Below are positions 39,077-52,320 of a stretch of DNA of 64,000 nt, in pieces. The notes under the pieces are model-generated. The model saw only the letters and a list, made by a program, of their open reading frames with translations, did not search any database and was not told where the DNA came from. The DNA is from an uncultured bacterium. GTDB taxonomy: Bacteria > Zixibacteria > MSB-5A5 > CAIYYT01. Every line of letters starts with the position of its first letter. Positions within the stretch are counted from its first letter, which is position 1. The position numbers and the translations under genes were made by a program. Location of the stretch: the NCBI GenBank assembly GCA_963726455.1, contig CAVSCK010000005.1, positions 32,001 through 96,000 on the forward strand. The letters are read 5' to 3'.

Positions 39077-39676
39077 ATGAAGAAAGCATTGTTGTTAGCC
39101 GTCATCGCCTTTGGTTTATTGGCGATTGCGGGTTGCAGCAAACCGCCGGAGGCCGAAATGGCGTCGGCGAAAACCGCGGTGGACAATGCCAGAGCGGCCG
39201 AAGCCGAGCAGTATGTTCCGCAGGAATTCCGCGGCCTCTCAGACAGCTTGAATGCGGCTAACGCCCTGAAGACCGAACAGGACGGCAAGTTTGCCCTGTT
39301 CCGTAGCTATGGCAAGTCGAAAGAAGCGTTCATTCGCGTCGAAGCCCAGGGTAACAAGGTAACTGAGGATGCGAAGGCCGAAAAGGAACGCGTTCGTCAG
39401 CAAGTTATGACCATGATGGCCTCCGTGAAGGGCATGATTGATTCGGCCAACGTCGCGTGGGAGAAGGCTCCCAAGGGCAAGGACAACAAGGCAGATCTTG
39501 AACTGATCAAGAACGACCTGATGGGCCTTTCGTCCGCATATGCTGAAGCTGAAGCTGATTTCAACGCCGGCAAGTTTTTGTCTGCCAAGGCGAAGTTTGA
39601 GTCGGTACAATCCAGAACTCAGAACATCATGAATGAGATCGCTGCTGCCGTCGCCAAGAAAAAAGGCGGCAAGTAG
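39077..39676 (+). CDS. helical lipoprotein (DUF4398-like) ending in KKKGGK
   Basis: Lipobox IAGC; PPEAEMASAKTAVDNARAAEAEQY; Ala/Lys/Glu-rich helices. Confidence 0.88.
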   Translation: MKKALLLAVIAFGLLAIAGCSKPPEAEMASAKTAVDNARAAEAEQYVPQEFRGLSDSLNAANALKTEQDGKFALFRSYGKSKEAFIRVEAQGNKVTEDAKAEKERVRQQVMTMMASVKGMIDSANVAWEKAPKGKDNKADLELIKNDLMGLSSAYAEAEADFNAGKFLSAKAKFESVQSRTQNIMNEIAAAVAKKKGGK

Positions 39677-39712
39677 TAGGATAACATCTCCGTAGAATTT
39701 ACGGATTACCTA

Positions 39713-39753
39713 GGGGGACGTTAGTTCTAGAACCGGCGTCCCCCAGTTATTTT
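39713..39753 (+). terminator. strong hairpin (possible partial terminator) after the lipoprotein gene
   Basis: GGGGGACG...CGTCCCCC followed by AGTTATTTT. Confidence 0.55.
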
Positions 39754-39782
39754 GAGATACTACTTCAGGACCAGTAGTTGAT

Positions 39783-40880
39783 TTGCGGGAATCAACGTTG
39801 ACATTTACACCAAAGACAATTTGCGCAGTGTTCGTGATGTTCACGGGCTTAGCTTTGTCCGGCGCCGGCTGTGAGGATGCGCCGGTGGCGCGGTTGCAGA
39901 ACGCCAAGGACGCATTGGCACATGCCGCCGATGCCGGAGCATTACGCTACGCAGAGCCGACATATCGAAATGCGGAGCAATGTTTGCAGACTGGCTGGAT
40001 GGAGCTGGCACGCCAGAACGGTCATCTGGCGCCGCTACGCGACTATCAACTTGCCGATTCATTGCTGAAAATGGCAACATCGCTGGCATTACAGGCGGAA
40101 GACAAGACACGCGACAGCATTTCCACCATGCAGAGTATGTCGGGCAACGAATTAAAGGAAATGAAGACCGAACTGGCTGAATGGCTGGACGCCTTGAACG
40201 GCTCGCTGGCCGGCTTTAATGTAAAGGATTATTGGCTCCGGGCAGATATGAACATACAGATCGCCGAGGGGCTGATCAGCAAGGGCGAGTACGAGGAATC
40301 GCGCGTAAATATGGCGAAAGCGCGTACCTTCCTGACTCAGCTCGGAAAGGTCCTTGAGGCCCATGCCGATGATGAAGCAAAGAAACTGGGAGTATGGCGC
40401 CGTTGGGTGCAGCAGACTCTTGACCAGTCGCGATCGGCCAACGGGTACGCAGTTATTGTAGATAAAGCGGCGCACCGGACTTATCTGGTCAAAGGCGGAA
40501 GATTATTACATACATACGGTTGTGAACTGGGGTATAACTCCTCACGCCAGAAGCTGTTTGCCGGCGATGCGGCAACGCCGGAAGGGATGTACGAAGTGAC
40601 CTCGGCCCGGCATCGTGGCAGCAAGTATTACAAAGCGCTCCTCTTAAACTTCCCGAACGCGGCAGACAGAAAACGGTTTGCGGAGAACAAATCCAAAGGT
40701 ATAATATCACGGAGAGCGCGTATCGGCGATTGGATTGAAATACACGGCGAGGGCGGAAAGAGCAAAGACTGGACTCAGGGGTGCGTCGCCCTTACGAATA
40801 AAGATATGGATCACATCATGCAATATGTAACCGTCGGAACGCCGGTTACCATCGTTAGAAAGTCGGATCAGTGGCCATGA
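39783..40880 (+). CDS. L,D-transpeptidase family lipoprotein with N-terminal helical (DUF4398-like) region
   Basis: GAGC lipobox-like; VIVDKAAH, GDAATPEGMY, LNFPN, IEIHGEGG...WTQGCVAL. Confidence 0.9.
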   Translation: MRESTLTFTPKTICAVFVMFTGLALSGAGCEDAPVARLQNAKDALAHAADAGALRYAEPTYRNAEQCLQTGWMELARQNGHLAPLRDYQLADSLLKMATSLALQAEDKTRDSISTMQSMSGNELKEMKTELAEWLDALNGSLAGFNVKDYWLRADMNIQIAEGLISKGEYEESRVNMAKARTFLTQLGKVLEAHADDEAKKLGVWRRWVQQTLDQSRSANGYAVIVDKAAHRTYLVKGGRLLHTYGCELGYNSSRQKLFAGDAATPEGMYEVTSARHRGSKYYKALLLNFPNAADRKRFAENKSKGIISRRARIGDWIEIHGEGGKSKDWTQGCVALTNKDMDHIMQYVTVGTPVTIVRKSDQWP

Positions 40881-41524
40881 AAAAGGTCATCATTTTCACA
40901 GTTGCACCGATTGTATTTCTGGTCGGCGTCCTGGTTGTCTTCATGACGCTCACCAAAGAGAAACCGCCCGAGGGGATCAAGCTGGCAATTGCGGACACAC
41001 TGGCTACCAACTTGCCCAAAGACGAGAAGGCAGCTCGTACGCAACTGCAGAATGCCGAGAAGGCGCTGGCCAAGTTGAAACCAGCGAAGCCCTACATCGT
41101 GATCGATACTCATGCCAATCGCATTTACTATCGCACGGAAGACTCTATTTATCTGGACGCGGTTTGTTCCACGGGTTCCGGCAGCGAGTTGATTGATTCC
41201 GTTACCGGCCGCAAATGGATTTTCAATACGCCGCGCGGCGTGTTCAAGATACAGAACAAGATCAAGGATCCCTGGTGGCGCAAGCCGGACTGGGAATTTA
41301 TCGAGACCGGTGAACCGATACCTAAGAGCGAATCCGACCGCATGGACGGCAATGTCATGGGCGACTTCGCGATGGGTTTTGGTGACGGATTTTTCATTCA
41401 CGGTACCATTTACGAAAGATTGCTGGGAATCAACGTGACGCACGGCTGCGTACGTCTCGGAACCGACGATCTCAAGAAGCTGGTGGACATGACGCCCATC
41501 GGCACATCGGTGTACATATTTTGA
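40877..41524 (+). CDS. L,D-transpeptidase (YkuD family)
   Basis: IVIDTHANRIY, CSTG, FNTPRGVFKI, FIHGT...VTHGCVRL. Confidence 0.93.
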   Translation: MKKVIIFTVAPIVFLVGVLVVFMTLTKEKPPEGIKLAIADTLATNLPKDEKAARTQLQNAEKALAKLKPAKPYIVIDTHANRIYYRTEDSIYLDAVCSTGSGSELIDSVTGRKWIFNTPRGVFKIQNKIKDPWWRKPDWEFIETGEPIPKSESDRMDGNVMGDFAMGFGDGFFIHGTIYERLLGINVTHGCVRLGTDDLKKLVDMTPIGTSVYIF

Positions 41525-42219
41525 TGATGCGGCAAGTTCTGATGACTCTGAGAGGACAAGCGATTTCCGTTATTGGGCTACTGGCATGCTCAGTGATGCT
41601 GTCATGTTCGGGCGGAACAGATGGAACCGGCACTCCGAAACAAGAGAAGTGGAGCCCTGACCAGGCGAAGCTCAATTACCAGGTGATGCAGGCCGAGTTG
41701 AAACTGGCGCAAACCAACAAGCCCTATCTGGTGCTGGACCTGAAACATGCCCGACTTGAAATCAAGCTGCAGGGAACCACCGTCTGGAATTATAAGATGA
41801 CGCTGGAAAATACTGACGGTTCGGAACTGGAGAAATTCAGCGACCGGTTCATGGGCTCGGACGAGAAAGTAGTCCGGCCGGTATTGTACAAGTATTTGTT
41901 CGCGTCATCCAGCCGCACGCCCGACTCGATTCTGGCGATTGTCAGCGAAGCGACAACTTTCCCGCCGGAACTGTTGCAGCGCACAATCCCCGAGCGCTTT
42001 CAATTGAGGTGGAGTGATGATGCCGTGCTCGACATTCGCACTGACGTTGTCGGCAAGCCTGAATCGAAATGGAAAAATACGATAGTCGATATTCGCCAGG
42101 CAATTTCGCGTCCGCTTGGCGAGGCCTTCGTGGTCGTCAGGATGCCGAAGGATAATGCCATCACGCTTTATCGCGCCGCGACAATCGGCCTGCCAACGCT
42201 GATCTATCCCGCGTCCTGA
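41524..42219 (+). CDS. lipoprotein with degenerate L,D-transpeptidase-like fold (no catalytic His/Cys)
   Basis: MLSC lipobox; KPYLVLDLKHARLEIK parallels KPYIVIDTHANRIY; C-terminal VRMPKDNAITLYRAATIGLPTLIY parallels VRLGTDDLKKLVDMTPIGTSVYIF; no HG/GC motif. Confidence 0.7.
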   Translation: MMRQVLMTLRGQAISVIGLLACSVMLSCSGGTDGTGTPKQEKWSPDQAKLNYQVMQAELKLAQTNKPYLVLDLKHARLEIKLQGTTVWNYKMTLENTDGSELEKFSDRFMGSDEKVVRPVLYKYLFASSSRTPDSILAIVSEATTFPPELLQRTIPERFQLRWSDDAVLDIRTDVVGKPESKWKNTIVDIRQAISRPLGEAFVVVRMPKDNAITLYRAATIGLPTLIYPAS

Positions 42220-42335
42220 CGAACTGTTCAGAGCTTCCTCACGTAACAGCAAACCAAGCCAAGTGGATAGTAAAGCTATCGATGCAGGTCTCATATCTTG
42301 GATTTCGCAGGCAACGTCTGAGGCGCGTGCTGTGG

Positions 42336-42770
42336 CTAGACGCGATAGGTGTCGGCGCGCCAGTTCTTGATAGATTTCTTGATCGCATCCTCGGACAACT
42401 TATCATCAACAGCTCTCTTACAGAGATCGAGATACTCCGCGTCGGACGCGAAGCGCAGGCCGATGACTTGTCGAATCGTCAACCGCGAATCGAGCAGTTT
42501 GCCGGTCATCGCGAAATGCCGCAGGTTTTCCTCGGCACGAATGGCTCGGTCTTGCGCCCTGAGAGCAAAATTGCGGGCGTAGATAAACAACGAGCTCAAG
42601 ACGAGAAACGTCACGACCAGCAGTGATGCCGAATAGAGTCCCGTGTGCGAGCCGAGCGATTTGATCAAGTTGACAACGGAACCGATCAGTGACAACACGA
42701 TCAACAGAAACGTGACAATGTGATACATCGGCACATACCGCCGATGATTAGCGTAGTTCTGTTCAGTCAT
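42336..42770 (-). CDS. DUF6526-like membrane protein
   Basis: QNYANHRRYVPMYH, AQDRAIRAEENLRH, IGLRFASDAE, IKKSIKNWRADTYRV. Confidence 0.85.
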   Translation of the reverse strand: MTEQNYANHRRYVPMYHIVTFLLIVLSLIGSVVNLIKSLGSHTGLYSASLLVVTFLVLSSLFIYARNFALRAQDRAIRAEENLRHFAMTGKLLDSRLTIRQVIGLRFASDAEYLDLCKRAVDDKLSEDAIKKSIKNWRADTYRV

Positions 42771-42860
42771 TCTTTACCTTCCCTCCGGTTAAGATTTTTC
42801 CGCGAGAGAAGTATATGAGCTTTCACGCAGGCGGCAAATGAGTTCTTGCCTGTGCCTACC

Positions 42861-42893
42861 AAAAGAAGAGAGGCGGACATTGGTGTCCGCCTC
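42861..42893 (-). terminator. intrinsic terminator of the M6 protease gene
   Basis: GAGGCGGACA-N4-TGTCCGCCTC, followed on the minus strand by TCTTCTTTT. Confidence 0.75.
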
Positions 42894-42922
42894 TTACATA
42901 AGTCGAAATCAATCACCGGCTA

Positions 42923-45844
42923 TCAGGGTTTACAAGGCGCCGGTCCACCGCTGAAGATGTAGGAAATCAGATAGACGGCATCTGAGATATCAACCGAATG
43001 ATCACAGTTGGCGTCACCGGCATCCAGCGGATTCGGCGCCGCGCCACCGGAGAAGATATAGCCGATAAGAAAGACCGCATCGGAGATGTCGATCCCGCCG
43101 CTACCGTCAGCATCACCGGGCACGAACAGCGGTCCTGCCGTGTACAAGTGGGCTGCCGCCCAACGTTTGGCCTTGACCATGTTACCCTTCAAATCTGCGA
43201 GTGTGCCGTCACGCACGGTTGACAGGGCGCTGTAAATGACGATTGTATCCTGTGGCCCGATGTTCCGATTGTTGATGAAGGTCATGGTGGCAAACTGGTC
43301 GGTGGGATTTGTCTCGGGCAAATAACCCGGATTCTGCATCAAGCCGTAAATCTGCACGGCAACGAAGCCGTTGGTGCCATAGATGTACTGAGAGGAACTG
43401 GCCGTAAAGGCACCATAAGGCACTTTGCTAGTGTCAATCACGCCGTCGGCATCGCTAATGCCAAGCAGTGCCTGTCCCGCAAACCGGCGCGAGCCATCGA
43501 TACAGTCGAAGCCGCCGCCCTGCTGATATATCATCTTCGTACCGGCATCGAAGCCCCCGACATTTTCCTGAGGATTGCCGCCGCAGTCCCAGTCGATGGC
43601 ATCACCGATGCCGATTCCCGTGTGCACGAGGGTATCGAACGAGGTGATTTCGACTCGCTGGATGACGAAGTTGCAGCTATCGGGATGCTTGGGCGCATAC
43701 CACGATTTCTTGATTGCAAGGAATTGATCGAGGGTGACGAAAGTGCCGCTCCGGAAGACCTCGTAAGCGCCTGAATCCGCAGTCGGCGCCATCGGTTCAC
43801 CGTGGCGAGGCGTGCGGTAGCTATTGCCGTAATACATGTTCCAGTTCGCGGCATACCATGGGCCATTTATGTAAGTGACCAGCAGCGTGCCGTCCCAAAG
43901 ATAGTTGTTGACGCAATCGCCCTGACCAAGGTAATCAAGGGCAGCTCCGTACGTGCCTGCCTTGCCGAAATTGCCCAGATTATTTACGATCAATTTGGTG
44001 CAGGATGTGGCGACGGTATCATAGACTTGCACGTTGAAGAGTGCACAGGCGTCGCCAAAGCCATCCCCGTCGGAATCGGTTTGATCGGGATTGTATACAT
44101 CGGGACAGTTGTCTATCTGGCACGTTGCTGAAGGATAACCGGGATTACCGAAGCCGTCGGCGTCGGGATCAACGCAGTTGTCGCAGGCATCGCCGATGTT
44201 GTCATGGTCTATGTCGGCCTGATCAGGATTAGCGTAACCCGGGCAGTTGTCGCAAGCATCACCGGCACCATCTGCGTCACCGTCGGCCTGGTCGGGATTG
44301 GCAACCGCGGGGCAGTTGTCGGTGGCATCGGAAAAGCCATCGCCGTCTTTGTCGAAATCGACGTAGGCGTACAGGCGGTCGCCACGGATTGAATCAACTC
44401 TGACTGTGATGCCGGTGGGACCATAATAGCCGGCGCTGCTGGGAAATGTAGTCGGACTGAAGGTCGACTGACCGGGAACGTTATCGGAGAAGAGCGCGCC
44501 TTTGCGGGATTCGTAGGGGTACCACCACTGGGCCGTATCGCTTACGTGTCCACCGGGATTGTTATGATAGTCATACGCTGGGTTGTAGCCGGCATCCTCG
44601 ACCGCGACCGTGTAATGAGGATATGTTGGCGTTCCGTCGTTGATGCGGAAATAATCGGCTTTGAGCGAGTCATGGACATGCGTTATTAGCAGCCCGCGAT
44701 CGAGCGGATCGCAGCCAAGCGACAGGTCGGGATAGAAGTAACAACTGAAATCCGAATCAAACTTGTCGAACTGTGCCGTCGACTGAGGATTGCGATACTC
44801 CAGCATGAAGTATTCCCCCTGCGCCATGTTGATCGGCAGAATGTAATAGGAGCTGTCCTTCGTCGTCTCGCAGTTGCGAATCATGAGTGATGGATATTCT
44901 CGCTGCTCCAACACAGTCGGTGTAATCCAACCGGCCTCTTTCTTGGTCCAGCCGCAGTGATGCGACGGGATGATGGACTTGATCGAGAGAATCCCGTAAC
45001 CGCCATAACCCATTGTGCACCAGTCATAGACCGGATGATCGTTGTCGTCGTTCGGAGTAAAGAAAGTGGAGACGGTGAGCTTCTCATCGTAATCGTACAA
45101 GTCGGGAACTCCCACGTTGTGTGAGAGCTCATGGCAGAACACTCTGATATAGTTCAAGGTATCAACGCCGGTAAAGTCGTAGGGGCTGTATGGGTCATGC
45201 AAAGGGCAGGTTTCCGGGCAGGTATTCACGCGCGGAAAGCGTTTGCCGTCAAACGGTCCATAGCCGGTACCGGGTGAGCCGACCTGGGCATATGACCAGA
45301 TGTCCATCGGATTGTGCGAGTCCTCCTGGCCTCTGCCGGCGTGAATAAATGTGACGGCATCGACATCGCCGTCGTTGTTGCCGTCAAATTGCGAATAGTC
45401 AATTACGGGATTAAGTTCCGCCAAGAGTGAACCAAAGTTGACATAGCCATTGTAGCTGCCTTCGGTGTGCCACTCAATCACCTGACCCGTTACAGTCAAT
45501 TGACCGTATGACGCCTCATGAAAGTAGTCCGCTACGGAACCCATCGGCAACACATTGCGCGAAAAATAGAGCGTATCGAAGGCGCCGCGAGTCCAGGTGT
45601 GGGGGCGGTTGGTCCAGTCGATCAGAATTACGAGTACCTTGAGCGTGTCGCCCGTGAAACGAAATTCGTCCATCGACCTTATTTCATCCGGAGTCAGCGT
45701 GGACGGGGGCATTTTACCGAATTGCCTCTCCATCACTTCATTGGGTACGTCGAGGATTCGCACCTTCGACATGTCGAAGGCGAAGGATGTAGTAGCGACC
45801 AATAGACAAGCCAAGGCCACCAGCCCATTAACCATAGATCTCAT
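42923..45844 (-). CDS. M6 (immune inhibitor A-like) metalloprotease + TSP3 repeats + dockerin-like domain
   Basis: [55 protein letters not shown]; C-terminal [25 protein letters not shown]...[29 protein letters not shown]. Confidence 0.93.
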   Translation of the reverse strand: MRSMVNGLVALACLLVATTSFAFDMSKVRILDVPNEVMERQFGKMPPSTLTPDEIRSMDEFRFTGDTLKVLVILIDWTNRPHTWTRGAFDTLYFSRNVLPMGSVADYFHEASYGQLTVTGQVIEWHTEGSYNGYVNFGSLLAELNPVIDYSQFDGNNDGDVDAVTFIHAGRGQEDSHNPMDIWSYAQVGSPGTGYGPFDGKRFPRVNTCPETCPLHDPYSPYDFTGVDTLNYIRVFCHELSHNVGVPDLYDYDEKLTVSTFFTPNDDNDHPVYDWCTMGYGGYGILSIKSIIPSHHCGWTKKEAGWITPTVLEQREYPSLMIRNCETTKDSSYYILPINMAQGEYFMLEYRNPQSTAQFDKFDSDFSCYFYPDLSLGCDPLDRGLLITHVHDSLKADYFRINDGTPTYPHYTVAVEDAGYNPAYDYHNNPGGHVSDTAQWWYPYESRKGALFSDNVPGQSTFSPTTFPSSAGYYGPTGITVRVDSIRGDRLYAYVDFDKDGDGFSDATDNCPAVANPDQADGDADGAGDACDNCPGYANPDQADIDHDNIGDACDNCVDPDADGFGNPGYPSATCQIDNCPDVYNPDQTDSDGDGFGDACALFNVQVYDTVATSCTKLIVNNLGNFGKAGTYGAALDYLGQGDCVNNYLWDGTLLVTYINGPWYAANWNMYYGNSYRTPRHGEPMAPTADSGAYEVFRSGTFVTLDQFLAIKKSWYAPKHPDSCNFVIQRVEITSFDTLVHTGIGIGDAIDWDCGGNPQENVGGFDAGTKMIYQQGGGFDCIDGSRRFAGQALLGISDADGVIDTSKVPYGAFTASSSQYIYGTNGFVAVQIYGLMQNPGYLPETNPTDQFATMTFINNRNIGPQDTIVIYSALSTVRDGTLADLKGNMVKAKRWAAAHLYTAGPLFVPGDADGSGGIDISDAVFLIGYIFSGGAAPNPLDAGDANCDHSVDISDAVYLISYIFSGGPAPCKP

Positions 45845-45989
45845 AGGTACCTCTAATTTCAGTGTCGGCAAGAAGAATGCTGACAGATGTCGATTCTACA
45901 AACGGCTGTATAAAGCGCGATTCGGTTAGCTTAGTATACGCAATTTTGGCGAATTTGGTACAAAAAAAGGCGGAAAAGTGTCTTGGCAG

Positions 45990-46024
45990 GTGTCCTGCGC
46001 GTCGTTGGCAGACGCGCAGGACAC
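45990..46024. terminator. 14-bp perfect inverted repeat (terminator or REP-like)
   Basis: GTGTCCTGCGCGTC-N7-GACGCGCAGGACAC downstream of the dehydrogenase gene. Confidence 0.6.
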
Positions 46025-46045
46025 TAAATTGAGCTCAGGTAACAG

Positions 46046-47275
46046 CTATTCCTGCACCTCGAGGATGTTGATATTGCGCTTCTTCAGTTCGTCGATAAAG
46101 CGATCGTAGACTTTGCCCTTGATGGCGTCCTCGGGGGGGACAATCCCCTTCTCGGTGATCAGGCCTTCCATCATGAGCACGGCGGTAATTGCGCAGGGGA
46201 AGCCGGTGACGCGCATCATGGCGGAAATGCCGTTGGCCTTGTCGGCTTCGTCCCACATGAAATGTTCGATCTTGACCTTTTTGCCGTTCTTGACGCCCGA
46301 GGTGGTGTTGTACATGACGCAGACGTCGCCTTCGCCGTCGCGGGCGCGCAGGCGCGGGGTGATCATCGACAGCAGCAGTTCACGCGGCACGATTTTCTGG
46401 CCGTTGAAATCGTGCGGGGTGATATCAAGCAAGCCGCATTCCTTCAGCGTGTCGACACCTTCCCAGTGTCCCGGCCAGCGCACAGTCTTTTCGGCGAATT
46501 CTTTAAGTTGTGGGCGCGAGAAAATGAAGCTCGGCATACCGGGGGTGACGGCGCACACCATTTCGTGATTCTTTCCGAACTTGTTGAAGAGGAATTTTTC
46601 GCGGTCGCCGATGGCGTCGACTTCCACGATCTTGCCGTTCTTCACGACGTTCAACTTGATCATGTATTCGCGCAGCACGTGCTCGAATTGCCAGGTGATC
46701 ATATAGCGCAACGGGTGGTTCCTGGCATATTCGGGAGCGGGAACGCCACCGACGCGCGCGATGGCCGTATCCGCGTTATCCATCTTGCGAATCGCTTCGC
46801 CGACAGTGACGTTGCTCAGTCCGGGGGCGAAACCCATGCCGTCGACGAAGGTTACGCCGTTGGCAATCGCCGTGTTGTGAATCCAGTCGCCGTACTCGTT
46901 AAGCGCCATCCCTTGCGGGAGCTTGAGCCCTTCGGTTTCGTAAGCATCGGGACGGCGATGGTACTCTTCGAGCATGTCGATTATGTTAAGTCCGGCTTCG
47001 ACGGCGTAGTGAATGATGGTGTAGCTGGTGCGCCGATCGGGCATGGCAATGATGCCGACATCGTATTGCTTCATCAGTTTGGTGGCGGTGTCGCGGTCGG
47101 TCACGTCGAGAACGTGCGGAACGATACAGTCACTGCCGACCCATTTCTTGACTTTTTCGAGAGCATCCAAACGTCTACCGGTAATCCCGATCGCATCAAT
47201 CCGTTTGTCCTTTGCCAGATCCCATGCCACTGCGGAACCGATCTTGCCGGACCCGCCAAAAATCAGCGCTTTCAT
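46046..47275 (-). CDS. saccharopine dehydrogenase / lysine 6-dehydrogenase family oxidoreductase
   Basis: IFGGSGKIG, GMGFAPGLSN, RVGGVP, KTVRWPGH, SAMMRVTGFP, KGIVPPE; GGAGG RBS 9 nt before ATG 47275. Confidence 0.92.
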   Translation of the reverse strand: MKALIFGGSGKIGSAVAWDLAKDKRIDAIGITGRRLDALEKVKKWVGSDCIVPHVLDVTDRDTATKLMKQYDVGIIAMPDRRTSYTIIHYAVEAGLNIIDMLEEYHRRPDAYETEGLKLPQGMALNEYGDWIHNTAIANGVTFVDGMGFAPGLSNVTVGEAIRKMDNADTAIARVGGVPAPEYARNHPLRYMITWQFEHVLREYMIKLNVVKNGKIVEVDAIGDREKFLFNKFGKNHEMVCAVTPGMPSFIFSRPQLKEFAEKTVRWPGHWEGVDTLKECGLLDITPHDFNGQKIVPRELLLSMITPRLRARDGEGDVCVMYNTTSGVKNGKKVKIEHFMWDEADKANGISAMMRVTGFPCAITAVLMMEGLITEKGIVPPEDAIKGKVYDRFIDELKKRNINILEVQE

Positions 47276-47488
47276 CTTAGTCATCCTCCGTAAGATTAAC
47301 TCGTTATCAGGGTAAATCGAAGATAACCCGTATGGCAACAGAGTCAAAGGCAATTCGGAATGCAGACCAATATGGATCGGCTCTGTACAGATATGGCAGT
47401 TGAGATTGGCGCGTCGTGATCGCGACTCCACGCTCACCCATCCCACAGGCACTCGTAATGACGATTCAGGGCCGACGCGAATGGATTC

Positions 47489-50050
<2,562 letters not shown>

Positions 50051-50190
50051 AATCACTCACCCTCGTTTGATATCAATGGCCGCTGTGGCTAACCTCTACC
50101 ATTATTACAACGGAACATTCTCTGTCGTCAATGGAAAAATACTATTCACCAGCCGACGTCAACAGTCAGGAAGTCGAGGGGAGCCAGCCG

Positions 50191-52194
50191 CTATCTCAGC
50201 GAATTCACGAAGTCACGCACGCGAGCGTCGGACGGCACTAGGGCGAGATACTTGTTCAAATACACGAGCGCGTTGTCGCGGTCGTTCAGATTCTGGGCGT
50301 AAATCAAGCCGATATTGAGGAGCAGCTTGCTGTTGGTCGAGTCGTAATTGAGTGCTTCGATATAGTTGTCGACAGCCAGAGTGAAGTTGCCGGTTTGATG
50401 CGCCGCGTTGCCGCGATCTTTGTAAACGTTTGATATGTTGAACAACAACTCCCTTCTATGCTTCTCACGCAATAGCGGTTTGTTCAATCCAAGGTTGTAG
50501 GCCTCCAGCGCCAAATCTCCGAAACCGAAACGACGCAACTGCGCGCCGATCATGTTCAGGCATTCGCCGCGTGGTTCATTCTTCATCCGCGCAATCGCTA
50601 ACCGACAATCTGCCAGCGCACCAGTCGAGTCCGGAGGAGCAAGCTGCAACCTTTCTTCGGCACTCGCCAGATCGAGATTCGCCAACAGCAGCCGCGACAG
50701 AAAATCGCCCGGATCAAAGTCCGCAGGAAATGACGGCAGCGACGCTTTGGTTTCCGGCGGGCGCAGCAACGAGTAGAGTATGCCGTCGGAATACAGCGAA
50801 TCCCGCCCAGGAAGCCAATTGGGTTCATTCCAAACAAGATTCTTCACCAGATAGTTCGGCTGCTTGTCGTTTGCGAAAATGGCGGCACGCGCTTGATAGT
50901 AGCTGCGTCCCGCACCGGGCTGATACGATTCCGCCTGCTGCAGCATTGCGTAACCGCGTATTGACAGGCGATCGTATGCGGTGACGTCCGGCCGATAATT
51001 CTCGGCGTAACGCAGATAGAGTGGTCCGAAGCCGTCGACATCGCAGGAGGCGAACAGCACGCCGCTGTCAGCGGTATCGAGTATCAGGCGGGAGTATTGT
51101 TCGTACAGAGTGTATTTCGATTTGTCGCAGGAGCCATAGTGGGCTATCAACATGACAGCGGCTGCAACTACGCCAACGACGGCGGGAATCAACTTACCAA
51201 ATTTCTTCATCCAGACAAAATTGCTGGAGATGAACAGCAGACATGCCAGCATCGCCGGCAGAAAATAAGGGTCATAGTCGGCGGCACTCTGTGCGGCAGC
51301 AAGTGCAAACGACGTGACGGTAAACAGCAAGAGAATTATCGCCTGTGAGACATTCTGGCGAAAGGCGATCACGGCACCCGAAATAGCCGCGACTATTCCA
51401 ATCCACCACCAGGAGGAAAATGCCAGAGTCCAAAGCAGTTTGGCCGAGTCTACAACACCGCCGGAGGCGCTGAGAACGACGTTGCGATATTGGCGCAGGG
51501 TCATGTGCTTGAGTGATGCCGCAACACCGACAGGATGCCCCCAATCCGAAATCGGGTCTTGCGCTGATCGCGCCCAGAGATAGAAATAGGTAGTGCCGGC
51601 CAGAACAAATAGCGCGACATAGACTGGCAACCGCCGCCAGTTACGATACTCCCGCTCCTTGATAAACACGAAGATAATCGCGGGCGCCAGGGATAGTGAT
51701 GTCGGATGCCCGTCAAGACAAAGGCCGTAAAGGAAGAAGACCAGTAGCCACTTGTATCGTGCATCACTCATAAGCGCCAGCAATGTCAGCAAGATCAAGA
51801 GCAGGTTGAGACTGAAGACATCGACACTGACGGCCTGCACCCAAAATGCGGGCGTAAATGCCCAGACCAGACTTACGGCAACGGCGGAAACGTCGTCAAC
51901 ATATTTGCGGCAGATCATGAAAAGTACCGAGACACCAGCCGCCGCACACAGAGCTGCAAACAGGTTGGCGGCAACTACCGGCCTTAGTGCGAAAAAGAGT
52001 TGCACGAACACGCTGCCGGTAAATGTGAACAACGGATAGCCGGGAGGATGAGCGATGCCGAGCGTCTTGAGCGCCAGAGCGAATTCGGCGCCATCGCCGA
52101 TGTTGATCGACCGGCACAGCGTCAGCAGATAGACAATCAGCGCAATGCCGCCCGGTATAACGGGGAGATATCGTGAATAGCGCGAAGTCGTCAC
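50191..52194 (-). CDS. DUF2723 / TMEM260-like membrane glycosyltransferase with C-terminal TPR
   Basis: GDGAEFA...LGIAHPPGYPLF; multiple TM helices; TPR tail. Confidence 0.88.
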   Translation of the reverse strand: MTTSRYSRYLPVIPGGIALIVYLLTLCRSINIGDGAEFALALKTLGIAHPPGYPLFTFTGSVFVQLFFALRPVVAANLFAALCAAAGVSVLFMICRKYVDDVSAVAVSLVWAFTPAFWVQAVSVDVFSLNLLLILLTLLALMSDARYKWLLVFFLYGLCLDGHPTSLSLAPAIIFVFIKEREYRNWRRLPVYVALFVLAGTTYFYLWARSAQDPISDWGHPVGVAASLKHMTLRQYRNVVLSASGGVVDSAKLLWTLAFSSWWWIGIVAAISGAVIAFRQNVSQAIILLLFTVTSFALAAAQSAADYDPYFLPAMLACLLFISSNFVWMKKFGKLIPAVVGVVAAAVMLIAHYGSCDKSKYTLYEQYSRLILDTADSGVLFASCDVDGFGPLYLRYAENYRPDVTAYDRLSIRGYAMLQQAESYQPGAGRSYYQARAAIFANDKQPNYLVKNLVWNEPNWLPGRDSLYSDGILYSLLRPPETKASLPSFPADFDPGDFLSRLLLANLDLASAEERLQLAPPDSTGALADCRLAIARMKNEPRGECLNMIGAQLRRFGFGDLALEAYNLGLNKPLLREKHRRELLFNISNVYKDRGNAAHQTGNFTLAVDNYIEALNYDSTNSKLLLNIGLIYAQNLNDRDNALVYLNKYLALVPSDARVRDFVNSLR

Positions 52195-52320
52195 TGCCCG
52201 TAGTCCCGATGGCTTCCAAGTAGTCTCATGTTAGCCAAGTTTACAGCAGGTCTGCATCTGAAGCAAGCGCTAATAGAATCCTATCACACATATGCTTTCC
52301 GGCGTGTATATTGGCTGAGT

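Noticed and set aside
50051-50190. Heat-shock operator upstream of clpB
   Set aside because: No CIRCE (TTAGCACTC-N9-GAGTGCTAA) or CtsR repeat found; only a plausible TTGACG…TAATAAT promoter.
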